DNA of 64,000 nucleotides from Bacteroidales bacterium (GTDB lineage: Bacteria > Bacteroidota > Bacteroidia > Bacteroidales > Muribaculaceae): the NCBI GenBank assembly GCA_015060975.1, contig SUXI01000005.1:55810-119809 (forward strand), read 5' to 3'. Of this stretch, positions 17,927 through 26,995 are shown one piece after another (the first letter of the stretch is position 1; each line of letters opens with the position of its first letter). The position numbers and the translations under genes were made by a program. The notes beneath the pieces are model-generated. The model was not told the DNA's origin. It made no database searches and saw nothing but the letters and a program-made list of their open reading frames with translations.

Positions 17927-18841
17927 TTACTTAATGTTGTTAACAATTTCTTCAACGTCTTCTTTTGCAAGACAAAGTTCGTTGAATACTACTTTAACTA
18001 ATTCAGCATCAAGCTTATTGAAGTCTTTTTCAAGAGGAGTGATAAACACGCCACCCATATCAACAGAAGCAGGGCTGAGAAGCATTTTGTCGTCACCTTC
18101 AGTGCCATAGAACGATGGACGGTGTTGTTTGCGAGGAATAACCACAAGACGCACACCGGCAGGAGTTGCATAGCAAAGAAGATTCATCATTGGTTCTTTT
18201 TCACCTTCGGGAACAGGGATTGCATCGTAAAGACGAGCAAACAAGCGTTCACCTGCTTGAGGATCGTTAGAATCAATTACAAACACATTGAGTGGGAGTG
18301 AATCGCACACTGCAAGCACTGCATCACCATCGGTAGCAACAGTTTTAAGTTCTGCTCCGTCAAGAGCATCACCTATTGTGAGGAAGTCGCTATTACCTGC
18401 TTGGAAGTGCATATGGTCGGGAGCCGAAGCACCACATTTAGGACCATTGTAGAACACAGTGTAACCGTCAAGATCCTTCGCAAGGCTCATCATGTCGGCA
18501 ATGCGACCTTTGATGAGTTGGTCAACGTGTCCCATATCGGGGATAGTCAAGTGACGAGGGAAGATAGGGAATGGGTTGATAAGGATAATATAACCATTGC
18601 CCCACTCTATGCCACGTTGCACAGAAGGACGATTTTCGGCACAAAGGAAACATTTTCGTTCTTTGAGCGATTTAGCATCAACCTTAGCCGATGATGAAAC
18701 GATGCGTGCAGGGTTGAATTGCACTTTGATTTTCATTCCATCAACGTCGAGTTCTTTTACCTTAACGCCTTTGAGCGCTGCAAAGTTATCAGCGGCAGTT
18801 TGCCATTCGGCAAGCTGCTCGCCAATAAATTTGTTTACCAT
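17927..18841 (-). CDS. HIT-superfamily (GalT/Ap4A-phosphorylase branch) nucleotidyltransferase/phosphorylase-like protein, DUF4922-like
   Basis: ORF track start 18910 overlaps the upstream gene by 43 nt; I prefer ATG 18841 (MVNKFIGEQ). HxHxQ-type motif APDHMHFQAG; CFLC...NPFPIFPRHLTI upstream of it. Confidence 0.6.
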   Translation of the reverse strand: MVNKFIGEQLAEWQTAADNFAALKGVKVKELDVDGMKIKVQFNPARIVSSSAKVDAKSLKERKCFLCAENRPSVQRGIEWGNGYIILINPFPIFPRHLTIPDMGHVDQLIKGRIADMMSLAKDLDGYTVFYNGPKCGASAPDHMHFQAGNSDFLTIGDALDGAELKTVATDGDAVLAVCDSLPLNVFVIDSNDPQAGERLFARLYDAIPVPEGEKEPMMNLLCYATPAGVRLVVIPRKQHRPSFYGTEGDDKMLLSPASVDMGGVFITPLEKDFNKLDAELVKVVFNELCLAKEDVEEIVNNIK

Positions 18842-18867
18842 TTCAGTATTAACCACGGTCGTAGGAA

Positions 18868-20328
18868 TTATTTGTTTTTGTTTAATTCTACACGAGCTTG
18901 AAGTTCCCAAGTACGGATGCGGTCCTTGTAAAGGTTGTTAGCATTAGTCTTGTTGATATCCAAAGCGTGGTCAGAGTTATCTTCCCAACGACGGCAGTAA
19001 TAAACTACGTCATAAACACGGCCTATTTGATAATGACGAGAGAATGCAAGACCGAGTGCATAGTCTTCACCATAACTTGTGTTAGGCACATTGATTTCAC
19101 GAAGCATTGGAGTATAGAATGCACGTGGAGCACCAAGACCATTGATACGAAGTGCATTATTGCGACCATTTTCAGGAGTCCATTCTTTGTGGTCGATTAC
19201 ACCGGGAGGAATCATTTGCATATTGATGTCGGTAAGCATATAAGTACCTACTACCATTGAGCAATTTTGTTCGTAGAATGCTGCAACCATCTTAGCAAGA
19301 GTATTTTCATCAGAGTAAACGTCGTCTGAGTCAAGTTGAACAGCGAATTTACCACATTTAGGGTGATTTACACCTGCGTTCCAGCAACCACCGATACCGA
19401 GGTCATCACGTTCTGGAATGATGTGGATAAGACGTTCGTCATCTTTGAATTCATCGATTGCTTCAGTTGTACCATCTGTACTACCATTGTCGATAATGAT
19501 GAGGTTGAATTTGAAATCAGTTTTTTGAGTAAGAACACTCTTGATAGCATCACGAACTGTGCGAACACGGTTACGAACAGGAATGATAACTGATGCTTCA
19601 TATTCAAAGTCACCTTGGTTGAAGTTAATTTCTTCAAATTTTGGTTCAAGATAACCGCCGATTTTTTTGAGGTGGTCGGTACAAGCTTGTTCCATTTCAA
19701 TTTGCACACCACGATTTTTGGGGTCTACATAGCTAAAGTGAGATTCACCTTCAGTAGCTACAGGAAGAGCAATTTCAGTGTAAAGATATTCATTAATATG
19801 AACAAGGTCGCCTTGACGAGACACTTTCAAACGAAGGTCATAAAGACCGGCTGCAGTATATTCAGCATCAATTTCGGCTGCAGCAGCTTTCAATGCTTTA
19901 GTGCAGAAGAATAGAACTGAACCAAAGTTGAAATCATCGCGAAGTGAACCGAATTGATAGTCAATTACAGGAGCGTTAGATTTTTTACCTTCAACAACTT
20001 GATAGTTGTCAGCATAAACCATAGCTGCTTTAGAGTCACCGGCAAGACGAACCATGCGTTCGAGAGCCAAATAACCCATTACAAGATTGTTATACTTGGT
20101 ATAAAGAAGTGTGTAATCGCCTTCAGCTGCAGCAGCGATTTTTTTCATGGTAGCTGAGCTGTTAAGAGCATCGATGTTGATAACTTCACAACCTTCTACG
20201 GCAGCGGCGTTAGCATCTGTGGCAAGAAGGAAGATTTTTGTCACTAAAGCATTTTGACGAAGGCCGTCAACAGTTGCTTGCACTTGCTGAGCGTCAGCAT
20301 AAGGGATAAAACAGTTGATAGTTTTCAT
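18868..20328 (-). CDS. Two-domain glycosyltransferase: unassigned N-terminal domain of about 230 aa plus family-2 GT domain
   Basis: 486 aa; GT2 motifs SVIIPVRNRVRTVRDAIKSVLTQ, IIIDNGSTDGT, QLDSDDVY in the C-terminal half. Confidence 0.8.
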   Translation of the reverse strand: MKTINCFIPYADAQQVQATVDGLRQNALVTKIFLLATDANAAAVEGCEVINIDALNSSATMKKIAAAAEGDYTLLYTKYNNLVMGYLALERMVRLAGDSKAAMVYADNYQVVEGKKSNAPVIDYQFGSLRDDFNFGSVLFFCTKALKAAAAEIDAEYTAAGLYDLRLKVSRQGDLVHINEYLYTEIALPVATEGESHFSYVDPKNRGVQIEMEQACTDHLKKIGGYLEPKFEEINFNQGDFEYEASVIIPVRNRVRTVRDAIKSVLTQKTDFKFNLIIIDNGSTDGTTEAIDEFKDDERLIHIIPERDDLGIGGCWNAGVNHPKCGKFAVQLDSDDVYSDENTLAKMVAAFYEQNCSMVVGTYMLTDINMQMIPPGVIDHKEWTPENGRNNALRINGLGAPRAFYTPMLREINVPNTSYGEDYALGLAFSRHYQIGRVYDVVYYCRRWEDNSDHALDINKTNANNLYKDRIRTWELQARVELNKNK

Positions 20329-20380
20329 TGTAAATGTATTAATAAAATGATTTGTAATTATTTAATATTAATTATTTCGC

Positions 20381-23300
20381 TTATTTTTTCTTTGACTGCT
20401 TGTTTGATTTGACTTTTACGACTCCCGACTCATGATTTTTGAAGAAATCGAGTGTTGCTTTCATCAAATGATTGCGTTGTGATTGGTCGGTAATTGTTTC
20501 GAATGGGAAACCGATTACTACTGTTTGATACATTCCGTTATCGCAAGCCACGCCTCCAATGAGGTTATTTTCGGTATAACGCATTATTGTTGCACCTTTT
20601 TTATCATCGGCAGGATAGAATGAATCGGGCGATTCAACCACATAACATGTATCGTTTAATTCATTATTGAATTTATATTCTCCATTATTAAACTCGCTAA
20701 AACGTGATTGCACGTGATATGCTTCACCTGTGATGCTTGCTTGGCCTGTGCGCCATTTATATCCAAGCACTTCGGCTGCAAATTTTTGATCGGCTTCGAG
20801 TGTCGCTTTATCGGCCAATGAGTTATCCCAAAGGTCGGTTGCCACATATGCGCCTGATACAAACATGTCAGTACCTTCTTTTGCCAATGAACGAATGCGA
20901 TTTTGCAATGCCACAGGGAATGTTTTGTATTTTGTTCCATACGCACCTGTTCCCACTTTTATTTCTTTTTGTTTACCAAGAATAAGGTCAACAATTTCAG
21001 GCTTATCGTTGGCACCGGCAAATGCTTCGGCACTTGACGACACAAATGAATAACCTGCATCGGCAATCGATACCCCATGACAATATACAAAGTCGAAAGT
21101 GTTACCGGCAATCACCTTTGTTTCATAGTTGGCACGACTTGCTCCAAATCCGGCAGCGTCATCGTCCATCCAAGGAATATTGCGACGGAATTCTGTTTGC
21201 TCTCCAATATAGCTTATGTCGTATAGATATGGCACACCATGATCTTTGCGGTCATTAAATCCGGCAATATCACCAGCTTCAAACCAATCGGGAGCTGACA
21301 CACGGGTAAAACCATTTACGATTGTTACTGATTTTGTAGCTTTACCTTTATCGCAGAGAGCAAGCACTTCTGATGGAAAACTTACTCCACCTGCATTTGC
21401 GGCAATAATGCGATAAGAGTGGATTTTATCATCGCTAACGTTTGCGATGTATTCATTTTTGTCAACTTTTGCAATTTCACGGAATTCGCCATCGCCAATT
21501 CGCTCTTCAACGATATAGAATGATGGCATTGCAGTTGCTTCTTGATTGTCTTCGGTTGCTTGCCATGACAAGAGATACTCGCCCTCTCCTTTTTTGTTTA
21601 TGGCAAATGCTTTGATTGGTAATGGTTGCACCACATATGAACGATTGTCGCGATTTGCGATAAATTCAAGCATACCCTTATATATCGAACGGCTAACGGT
21701 GAAACGGAATGACGGGTCAAGACCATATTTCATATCAGCAAAATTTTGGTGAGAAAGCAACTCAAGCAACAATGCCGGCACTTGAGGCACACGAGCCTCA
21801 TAATATGTCTTATCCCACATTGCACGGCGAGTCCAACGTGGTTCATAATTTGCACGGATATCACCTACTATATTTGTGACAATGCTATCGGTCAACATGC
21901 GTGAAGCATATCGAGGAGTGCCATTGGCATATTTGCCTCCATTATCGCTATAATAAATGCTCAATGTGCCAATGATTGAATCATTCATTGTCGTACCTGC
22001 ATCGGTGTGGAACGCAAGCGACAAATCTATAGGGATATTCAATCCTTTGTGATTTGGCAACATTGACGAGCCGCCGGTCAAATAATTCACCCATGCCCCA
22101 CGAGCTTTATAGTCGTCGGTATAGTCATTTACATTGTCCGACGGAGTATAGATTGAATCGGGGACACCAGCCCATTGCATCCAATAGCGAGCTGCTTCAG
22201 TAAATCGTGGATATTCACTTTTCACATACTCATAGTTAATTCTGGGTTCGCCACCCTCTTTAACTTTACGAGCCACATTTCCCATACCTCCACCAATTTT
22301 TACGGCATCGGCAGTTACTACCGATCCTTCTACCACTGAGGTATTGACAAGTTCTATTACCGGAGCGCCTTCACCCTTTGCTTCAAAGTTGAAGTGTCCG
22401 AGATAAATCCATGTGCCACCACCCATTTGTTGATTCACTTTAAACTCCTTCACTCCGCTGCGAGAATAAATGCGATAAGTGGCATCGGGTGCGCTGTTGA
22501 GCAATGTTGCATACGATACATAGACAGCATATCTACCGGCTTTTGGCAAATTCGCAGTCCATGTTGCAGTAGATGCTTTTTCGCCCGGCTTCACAGTTGA
22601 GGCCACTCTCACCTTACCTTCAGCAAACGGATTATCACCATTTTCAAGAACAGCCTTATTATAGGCAAATCCTTTCGCGTCGGCATCGGTCCATGATTGT
22701 GAACCAACATATTCCGCATAAGATGCTTGAGCATATCCACCATCACGGTCAACAATTACCTCGTTGATATTGATGTCGCGTTCACGTGGGCTCATCACAT
22801 ATGCACCAGCATTTTCAAGCATTGGCATTAAGAAAGGCATAACGTAACTTTGTGTGTAAAGGTCTTCAACTGTTTCAAAAATACGTGCACGCTGCCATTC
22901 CCAACGGTTTAGTTTTGGCTCGAAATACCACCCATGGCTTTGCCACATAGCGATATTATTACCATCTAATCCCGAAGGTGCTTCCACGCCCTCAACGGGT
23001 GTGATAAAGCGATTTTCCTCGGTAGGTGCATTAACTTGTTCATAAGAGACTGTTAAATAATCCTCGAGATTGTGTTTTCCAGCATATATAGTTACATCAT
23101 AGTCCTTACATTTATCGCCAACTGTAGCCAATACAGCGCTTTTCATATTTTTGAGAGCTACCGAATCAATCGAATGATAGCCTACCATTTCATTGCATTT
23201 AACTGTTACAACCTTTTTGTTATTATTAATCAAAACCGATACCACCTTAAATGGACCCACATTTGATTGAGCGGGTTGCAATGCATTAAATGCATCAAAC

Positions 23301-23389
23301 ACATTCATTTCCATGGTATTTGCCCATGAAAAAGACGAAACTCCCATTGCAAGCAATAGGATTATATTTCTAAATTTAATACGATTCAC
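20381..23389 (-). CDS. Large secreted protein: amidase-like core interrupted by a golvesin/Xly-type carbohydrate-binding-like module (homologs are often auto-annotated as xanthan lyase)
   Basis: 1002 aa; signal peptide ILLLAMGVSSFSWANT; MWQSHGWY and DLSLAFHTDAG resemble Amidase_3 metal-ligand regions; TWTANLPKAGRYAVYVSY...GGGTWIYLGHFNF resembles the golvesin C-terminal-like domain. Assignment is tentative. Confidence 0.5.
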   Translation of the reverse strand: MNRIKFRNIILLLAMGVSSFSWANTMEMNVFDAFNALQPAQSNVGPFKVVSVLINNNKKVVTVKCNEMVGYHSIDSVALKNMKSAVLATVGDKCKDYDVTIYAGKHNLEDYLTVSYEQVNAPTEENRFITPVEGVEAPSGLDGNNIAMWQSHGWYFEPKLNRWEWQRARIFETVEDLYTQSYVMPFLMPMLENAGAYVMSPRERDININEVIVDRDGGYAQASYAEYVGSQSWTDADAKGFAYNKAVLENGDNPFAEGKVRVASTVKPGEKASTATWTANLPKAGRYAVYVSYATLLNSAPDATYRIYSRSGVKEFKVNQQMGGGTWIYLGHFNFEAKGEGAPVIELVNTSVVEGSVVTADAVKIGGGMGNVARKVKEGGEPRINYEYVKSEYPRFTEAARYWMQWAGVPDSIYTPSDNVNDYTDDYKARGAWVNYLTGGSSMLPNHKGLNIPIDLSLAFHTDAGTTMNDSIIGTLSIYYSDNGGKYANGTPRYASRMLTDSIVTNIVGDIRANYEPRWTRRAMWDKTYYEARVPQVPALLLELLSHQNFADMKYGLDPSFRFTVSRSIYKGMLEFIANRDNRSYVVQPLPIKAFAINKKGEGEYLLSWQATEDNQEATAMPSFYIVEERIGDGEFREIAKVDKNEYIANVSDDKIHSYRIIAANAGGVSFPSEVLALCDKGKATKSVTIVNGFTRVSAPDWFEAGDIAGFNDRKDHGVPYLYDISYIGEQTEFRRNIPWMDDDAAGFGASRANYETKVIAGNTFDFVYCHGVSIADAGYSFVSSSAEAFAGANDKPEIVDLILGKQKEIKVGTGAYGTKYKTFPVALQNRIRSLAKEGTDMFVSGAYVATDLWDNSLADKATLEADQKFAAEVLGYKWRTGQASITGEAYHVQSRFSEFNNGEYKFNNELNDTCYVVESPDSFYPADDKKGATIMRYTENNLIGGVACDNGMYQTVVIGFPFETITDQSQRNHLMKATLDFFKNHESGVVKVKSNKQSKKK

Positions 23390-23433
23390 ATTCGGTTTAT
23401 CAGATTGTTAACAGTCCTTACTATGATACTTTA

Positions 23434-23441
23434 CAAAGATA
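23434..23441 (-). promoter_or_regulatory. Candidate -7 box TATCTTTG for the 10-gene operon 23389..8241
   Basis: caaagata on plus strand; 44 nt upstream of ATG 23389; the same 8-mer precedes hisS and other genes in this window. Confidence 0.45.
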
Positions 23442-23566
23442 ATACAAAGATTAAATTAAATCAACATAATTAAGAAAAAAAGGGGTTAAATAAGCATTTT
23501 ATTAATACTTAGCTATTATTATTCACATAATTTCACACTTCACAAATCATATTAAATTTACATAAA

Positions 23567-23598
23567 AGAAGCGCCATTCCTATAGGAACAGCGCTTCT
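23567..23598 (-). terminator. Rho-independent terminator after amidase gene 23620..26124
   Basis: agaagcgc...gcgcttct stem with inner ttccta/taggaa pairing; on the minus strand followed by TTTTAT. Confidence 0.6.
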
Positions 23599-23619
23599 TA
23601 AATTATTCGACTTTATTTA

Positions 23620-26124
23620 CTATCGAGAGATTGATATTCGGCGAGAGATTGTTGTGTCATCAGCGATAACTTTTATCACATACACACCTTGAGGCACATC
23701 TTCAACATTTATTTTTGACAAGCCATTTACCTCCATTATCTTTGCGCCTCTAATATTGTACAATTCAATTGCATTGATAGCAAAAGGAGCTTCAACATTT
23801 ACAATATCATTTGCAGGAACAGGATAGATATTAACCGCATTTTTCGCATCAGCAATTACTCCTTCAACACCATCAGCTTTACGTTGAACATATAGGTCAT
23901 CAATAAAGATTTCACCTTTTTGGGTTATCGGACTTGTCACTTGTACAATTTTAATATGACTAAAGTTATAGTCATAACCTTCTTCGAGTTCGGTTAATAC
24001 CACTTCATGGTATTCCCATCCACGGAAGTTAAGATCACACAATTTAACATATTTTGTATCTGTACCTTGAGTTACACCTACCCACAATTCATGGTTATTA
24101 AAGTCACCATAAACATGGAGGCCAAGCTTATCACCTTTGGCAAAAGTACGAGCAATAGTATCAGGAGCAACATAATTCCATACAACAACTCCGTTGCGAT
24201 TATCAGAGAAGCTATATCCTAATTTATTTGATTTTTTATCAAACAAATATTTTGCAGAAGAAATTGCATTTGATGGTTTTGATGCCACATTGACTGTTGC
24301 ATCAACATCATAAGCAAATAAGCCCGAAACATTAAATCCTTCCAACATTTCACCTTCTTTAATCCCTGCTTCATTTTTAGCTGTGAAATTTATTTTTTGG
24401 TCAACATTCATTGGTAGATTTTCCTTATCACGCAATTCACCAGAAATTGACACTGTATAATTTTCTCCAATAGTCAGATCATCATTCAATACAACAATAG
24501 CGTTACCAAATCCATTTGACAATCGATTAAATTTAGTACTGCGTGTATTTATTGATAATGACTTATTTTTAGAGTCATATACTTTAATTAAATCAGCAAA
24601 GTTTGAATAATCAATCAAATTATCAAAACGGAATTCAAATGTTGGAGCTTCAAAATGCACTGCGCCACCCTCTGCCGGATAGTTATCAATCATTTCAAGA
24701 CGGTTTCGACTTTGTGTCAAAAATTTAAATTGCAATTGTTCTTGCATATTTGGAGACGCATAATAAGTATCAGTCGTCTTAGCTTCGGTTGATACTGTCA
24801 CAGTATATTCTGTACCAATTTCAAGAGAAAGAGTTGGAATAAATTTCACTTTGTGATAAGAGTTACTATATTCAAAATACCCCTCTACTGCAGGAGAAAT
24901 TGAGAATGCCTTTTCAAATGCTTCTTGGTCAACATCAAAATTAAATTCAAAATTAATAGTAGAAGCACAGCTTACGGCTGAATCTGGTTTTTCTGTTGTA
25001 TTTGGTCCAAATGATAAGATTTTCAATGGTTCCTCACGCTTAAGCGTAACAGGAGCATCTTTATATGTAACTTTATCAGCTACAACCGACACTTTATATT
25101 CTTCGGTATAATAATTATCGTGAGAAACTTTCACTGTATATACACCTGGAGTAATATTACGGAATACATAAACCCCATTATAATCATTATCGGTTACACG
25201 ATGTTGTACCACATTACCACTTGCATCAAGCAATTCCACTTTCGCACCATTTATTGCAGCGAATGCATCACGACCAAAATAATGGTAATTTGTTTCGTAT
25301 GTAAACTCACGAAGATTATGATTATCATAAACTACACCTGCAATGTTACCGGTCACAAAACGGTCTTCTGTATCAAAATGAATCATAAGCGATTTTGCAA
25401 AATACCATGCTTCAAGCCAATTGTAGTCATCATTCATTAAACGGTGTGCTTGTGGACGGTGTTCATGCATACCACCTTCTGAAAGCATACCTACACCATG
25501 AAGATTGCGCAATACCCCAAGGCTATAACCAAGCAAATCAACGTCAGCTGTTACACGTCCTGCCGATACGGTATCAACTTGACCTCTATAATTAATCCAA
25601 TTTGAATAAACGCTTGTATTGAACACGCTATTAACCACTTCACTAAGCGCCTTGTTTTCGGGTTTATATGTAGTCAATTGACCTGTTCTGTCATCATACT
25701 TACCACCTTTATGATAAATCATTAATGGATAGTTAACTCCTTCGCCGGCATTTGAGTGAATAGAGAAGAAGCAATCAGCACCTAAATTGTTAGCCATATA
25801 AGCGCGTGTTGTCAAACTTGGCTCATCGGGAATACCATCACCATCAATCTCATTATAAGTATTATGAGTACGAGTTATATGTGCATCTACTCCTAGAGAA
25901 TCAAGTATTGCTTTCAGATAAAGACCTTTTACAAGATTACTCTTTGACTCCCAATATCCTGCCTCTGAATTTTGCTCGTATGGATAAATATGAATAGGAC
26001 GGTCGTCACCATCATAGCCACCATGACCAGGGTCAATCACAACGGTCAAATCACTCATTTTCTTTGCTTCAACAGCAGTTGTCGCCACTAAAGCCGCTAA
26101 TATGATAAATAATATACGTTTCAT
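23620..26124 (-). CDS. T9SS-sorted N-acetylmuramoyl-L-alanine amidase (Amidase_3) with CarboxypepD_reg-like and Ig-like domains
   Basis: 834 aa; signal peptide; VVIDPGHGGYDGDDRP and FFSIHSNAG amidase motifs; C-terminal tail VNIYPVPANDIVNVEA...GVYVIKVIADDTTISRRISI. Confidence 0.8.
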   Translation of the reverse strand: MKRILFIILAALVATTAVEAKKMSDLTVVIDPGHGGYDGDDRPIHIYPYEQNSEAGYWESKSNLVKGLYLKAILDSLGVDAHITRTHNTYNEIDGDGIPDEPSLTTRAYMANNLGADCFFSIHSNAGEGVNYPLMIYHKGGKYDDRTGQLTTYKPENKALSEVVNSVFNTSVYSNWINYRGQVDTVSAGRVTADVDLLGYSLGVLRNLHGVGMLSEGGMHEHRPQAHRLMNDDYNWLEAWYFAKSLMIHFDTEDRFVTGNIAGVVYDNHNLREFTYETNYHYFGRDAFAAINGAKVELLDASGNVVQHRVTDNDYNGVYVFRNITPGVYTVKVSHDNYYTEEYKVSVVADKVTYKDAPVTLKREEPLKILSFGPNTTEKPDSAVSCASTINFEFNFDVDQEAFEKAFSISPAVEGYFEYSNSYHKVKFIPTLSLEIGTEYTVTVSTEAKTTDTYYASPNMQEQLQFKFLTQSRNRLEMIDNYPAEGGAVHFEAPTFEFRFDNLIDYSNFADLIKVYDSKNKSLSINTRSTKFNRLSNGFGNAIVVLNDDLTIGENYTVSISGELRDKENLPMNVDQKINFTAKNEAGIKEGEMLEGFNVSGLFAYDVDATVNVASKPSNAISSAKYLFDKKSNKLGYSFSDNRNGVVVWNYVAPDTIARTFAKGDKLGLHVYGDFNNHELWVGVTQGTDTKYVKLCDLNFRGWEYHEVVLTELEEGYDYNFSHIKIVQVTSPITQKGEIFIDDLYVQRKADGVEGVIADAKNAVNIYPVPANDIVNVEAPFAINAIELYNIRGAKIMEVNGLSKINVEDVPQGVYVIKVIADDTTISRRISISR

Positions 26125-26126
26125 AA

Positions 26127-26981
26127 TTATTCGTTGATTAGAATGTTCATAATGTACATTTCTCCATCTTCGGTTGTATAGACAATCTTATCTGCTATTG
26201 CAGTAAGACCATCAACACGCACGCTATCGTCAGTGAGCGTAGTCACTTTACCTGTAGCGACCTCGATTGCTATAATTTTAGCACTTGTTATTACATAACC
26301 ATCATCTTTAGTGCTTAATGCAACCACAAATTTATCTCCTACCCAACATGGGAAATCGCCACGACTCGCAAGATTTTTTGCTTGTGTTCCATCTACATTA
26401 GATACAAACAATCCCGAATAAACCTCACTAAACACAAGTTTTGTCGCAGACGGAGAAACTGATGGCCACAAATAACGATAACCATATTCAATAGGATTAA
26501 TTTCCTTTTTAACACCATTTATAGAGATTTCCATTGCTTGCTTCTTTGCGAAAGCATAAGCGTATGTATCTCCTACAAGAGATGGTGTATTAACCATATC
26601 TTTTGAATGTTTCATCAATTGAGTTTTGGCTTTTGACGCAAAGCTATAACGCTTTACATCATTTTGCGAAATCCCGTCTTCTTTAATCGCCGTTCTATAA
26701 ACGACCTCATTTCCATCGGCTGTAAATCGGGGATTAAAACCGGCTTTGGGAGTTTCGTCGATCACACTCACCTCATTAGTTAACAAGTTTAAAGACTTCA
26801 ATCCGGTATAATCCTCTGATGTAAAGAGAACAACCTTTCCATTAGGACTCAATGTTGGGTGATGAGCATCGCATCCAACATCAACTTTTTTTGTGTAAAC
26901 GGCAGTAATATCAGCTGCACTCATTGAAGCGCAAACGCCTAAAGCCGCCGCCAAAATAAAAGTTCTTGTTTTCATTTTCAT
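26127..26981 (-). CDS. TolB-like (PD40/WD40-like) beta-propeller protein, exported
   Basis: 284 aa; signal peptide; PD40-type repeats HPTLSPNGKVVLFTSE, FNPRFTADGNEVVY, LWPSVSPSATKLVFSE. Confidence 0.7.
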   Translation of the reverse strand: MKMKTRTFILAAALGVCASMSAADITAVYTKKVDVGCDAHHPTLSPNGKVVLFTSEDYTGLKSLNLLTNEVSVIDETPKAGFNPRFTADGNEVVYRTAIKEDGISQNDVKRYSFASKAKTQLMKHSKDMVNTPSLVGDTYAYAFAKKQAMEISINGVKKEINPIEYGYRYLWPSVSPSATKLVFSEVYSGLFVSNVDGTQAKNLASRGDFPCWVGDKFVVALSTKDDGYVITSAKIIAIEVATGKVTTLTDDSVRVDGLTAIADKIVYTTEDGEMYIMNILINE

Positions 26982-26995
26982 TTATTATTTAGTTA

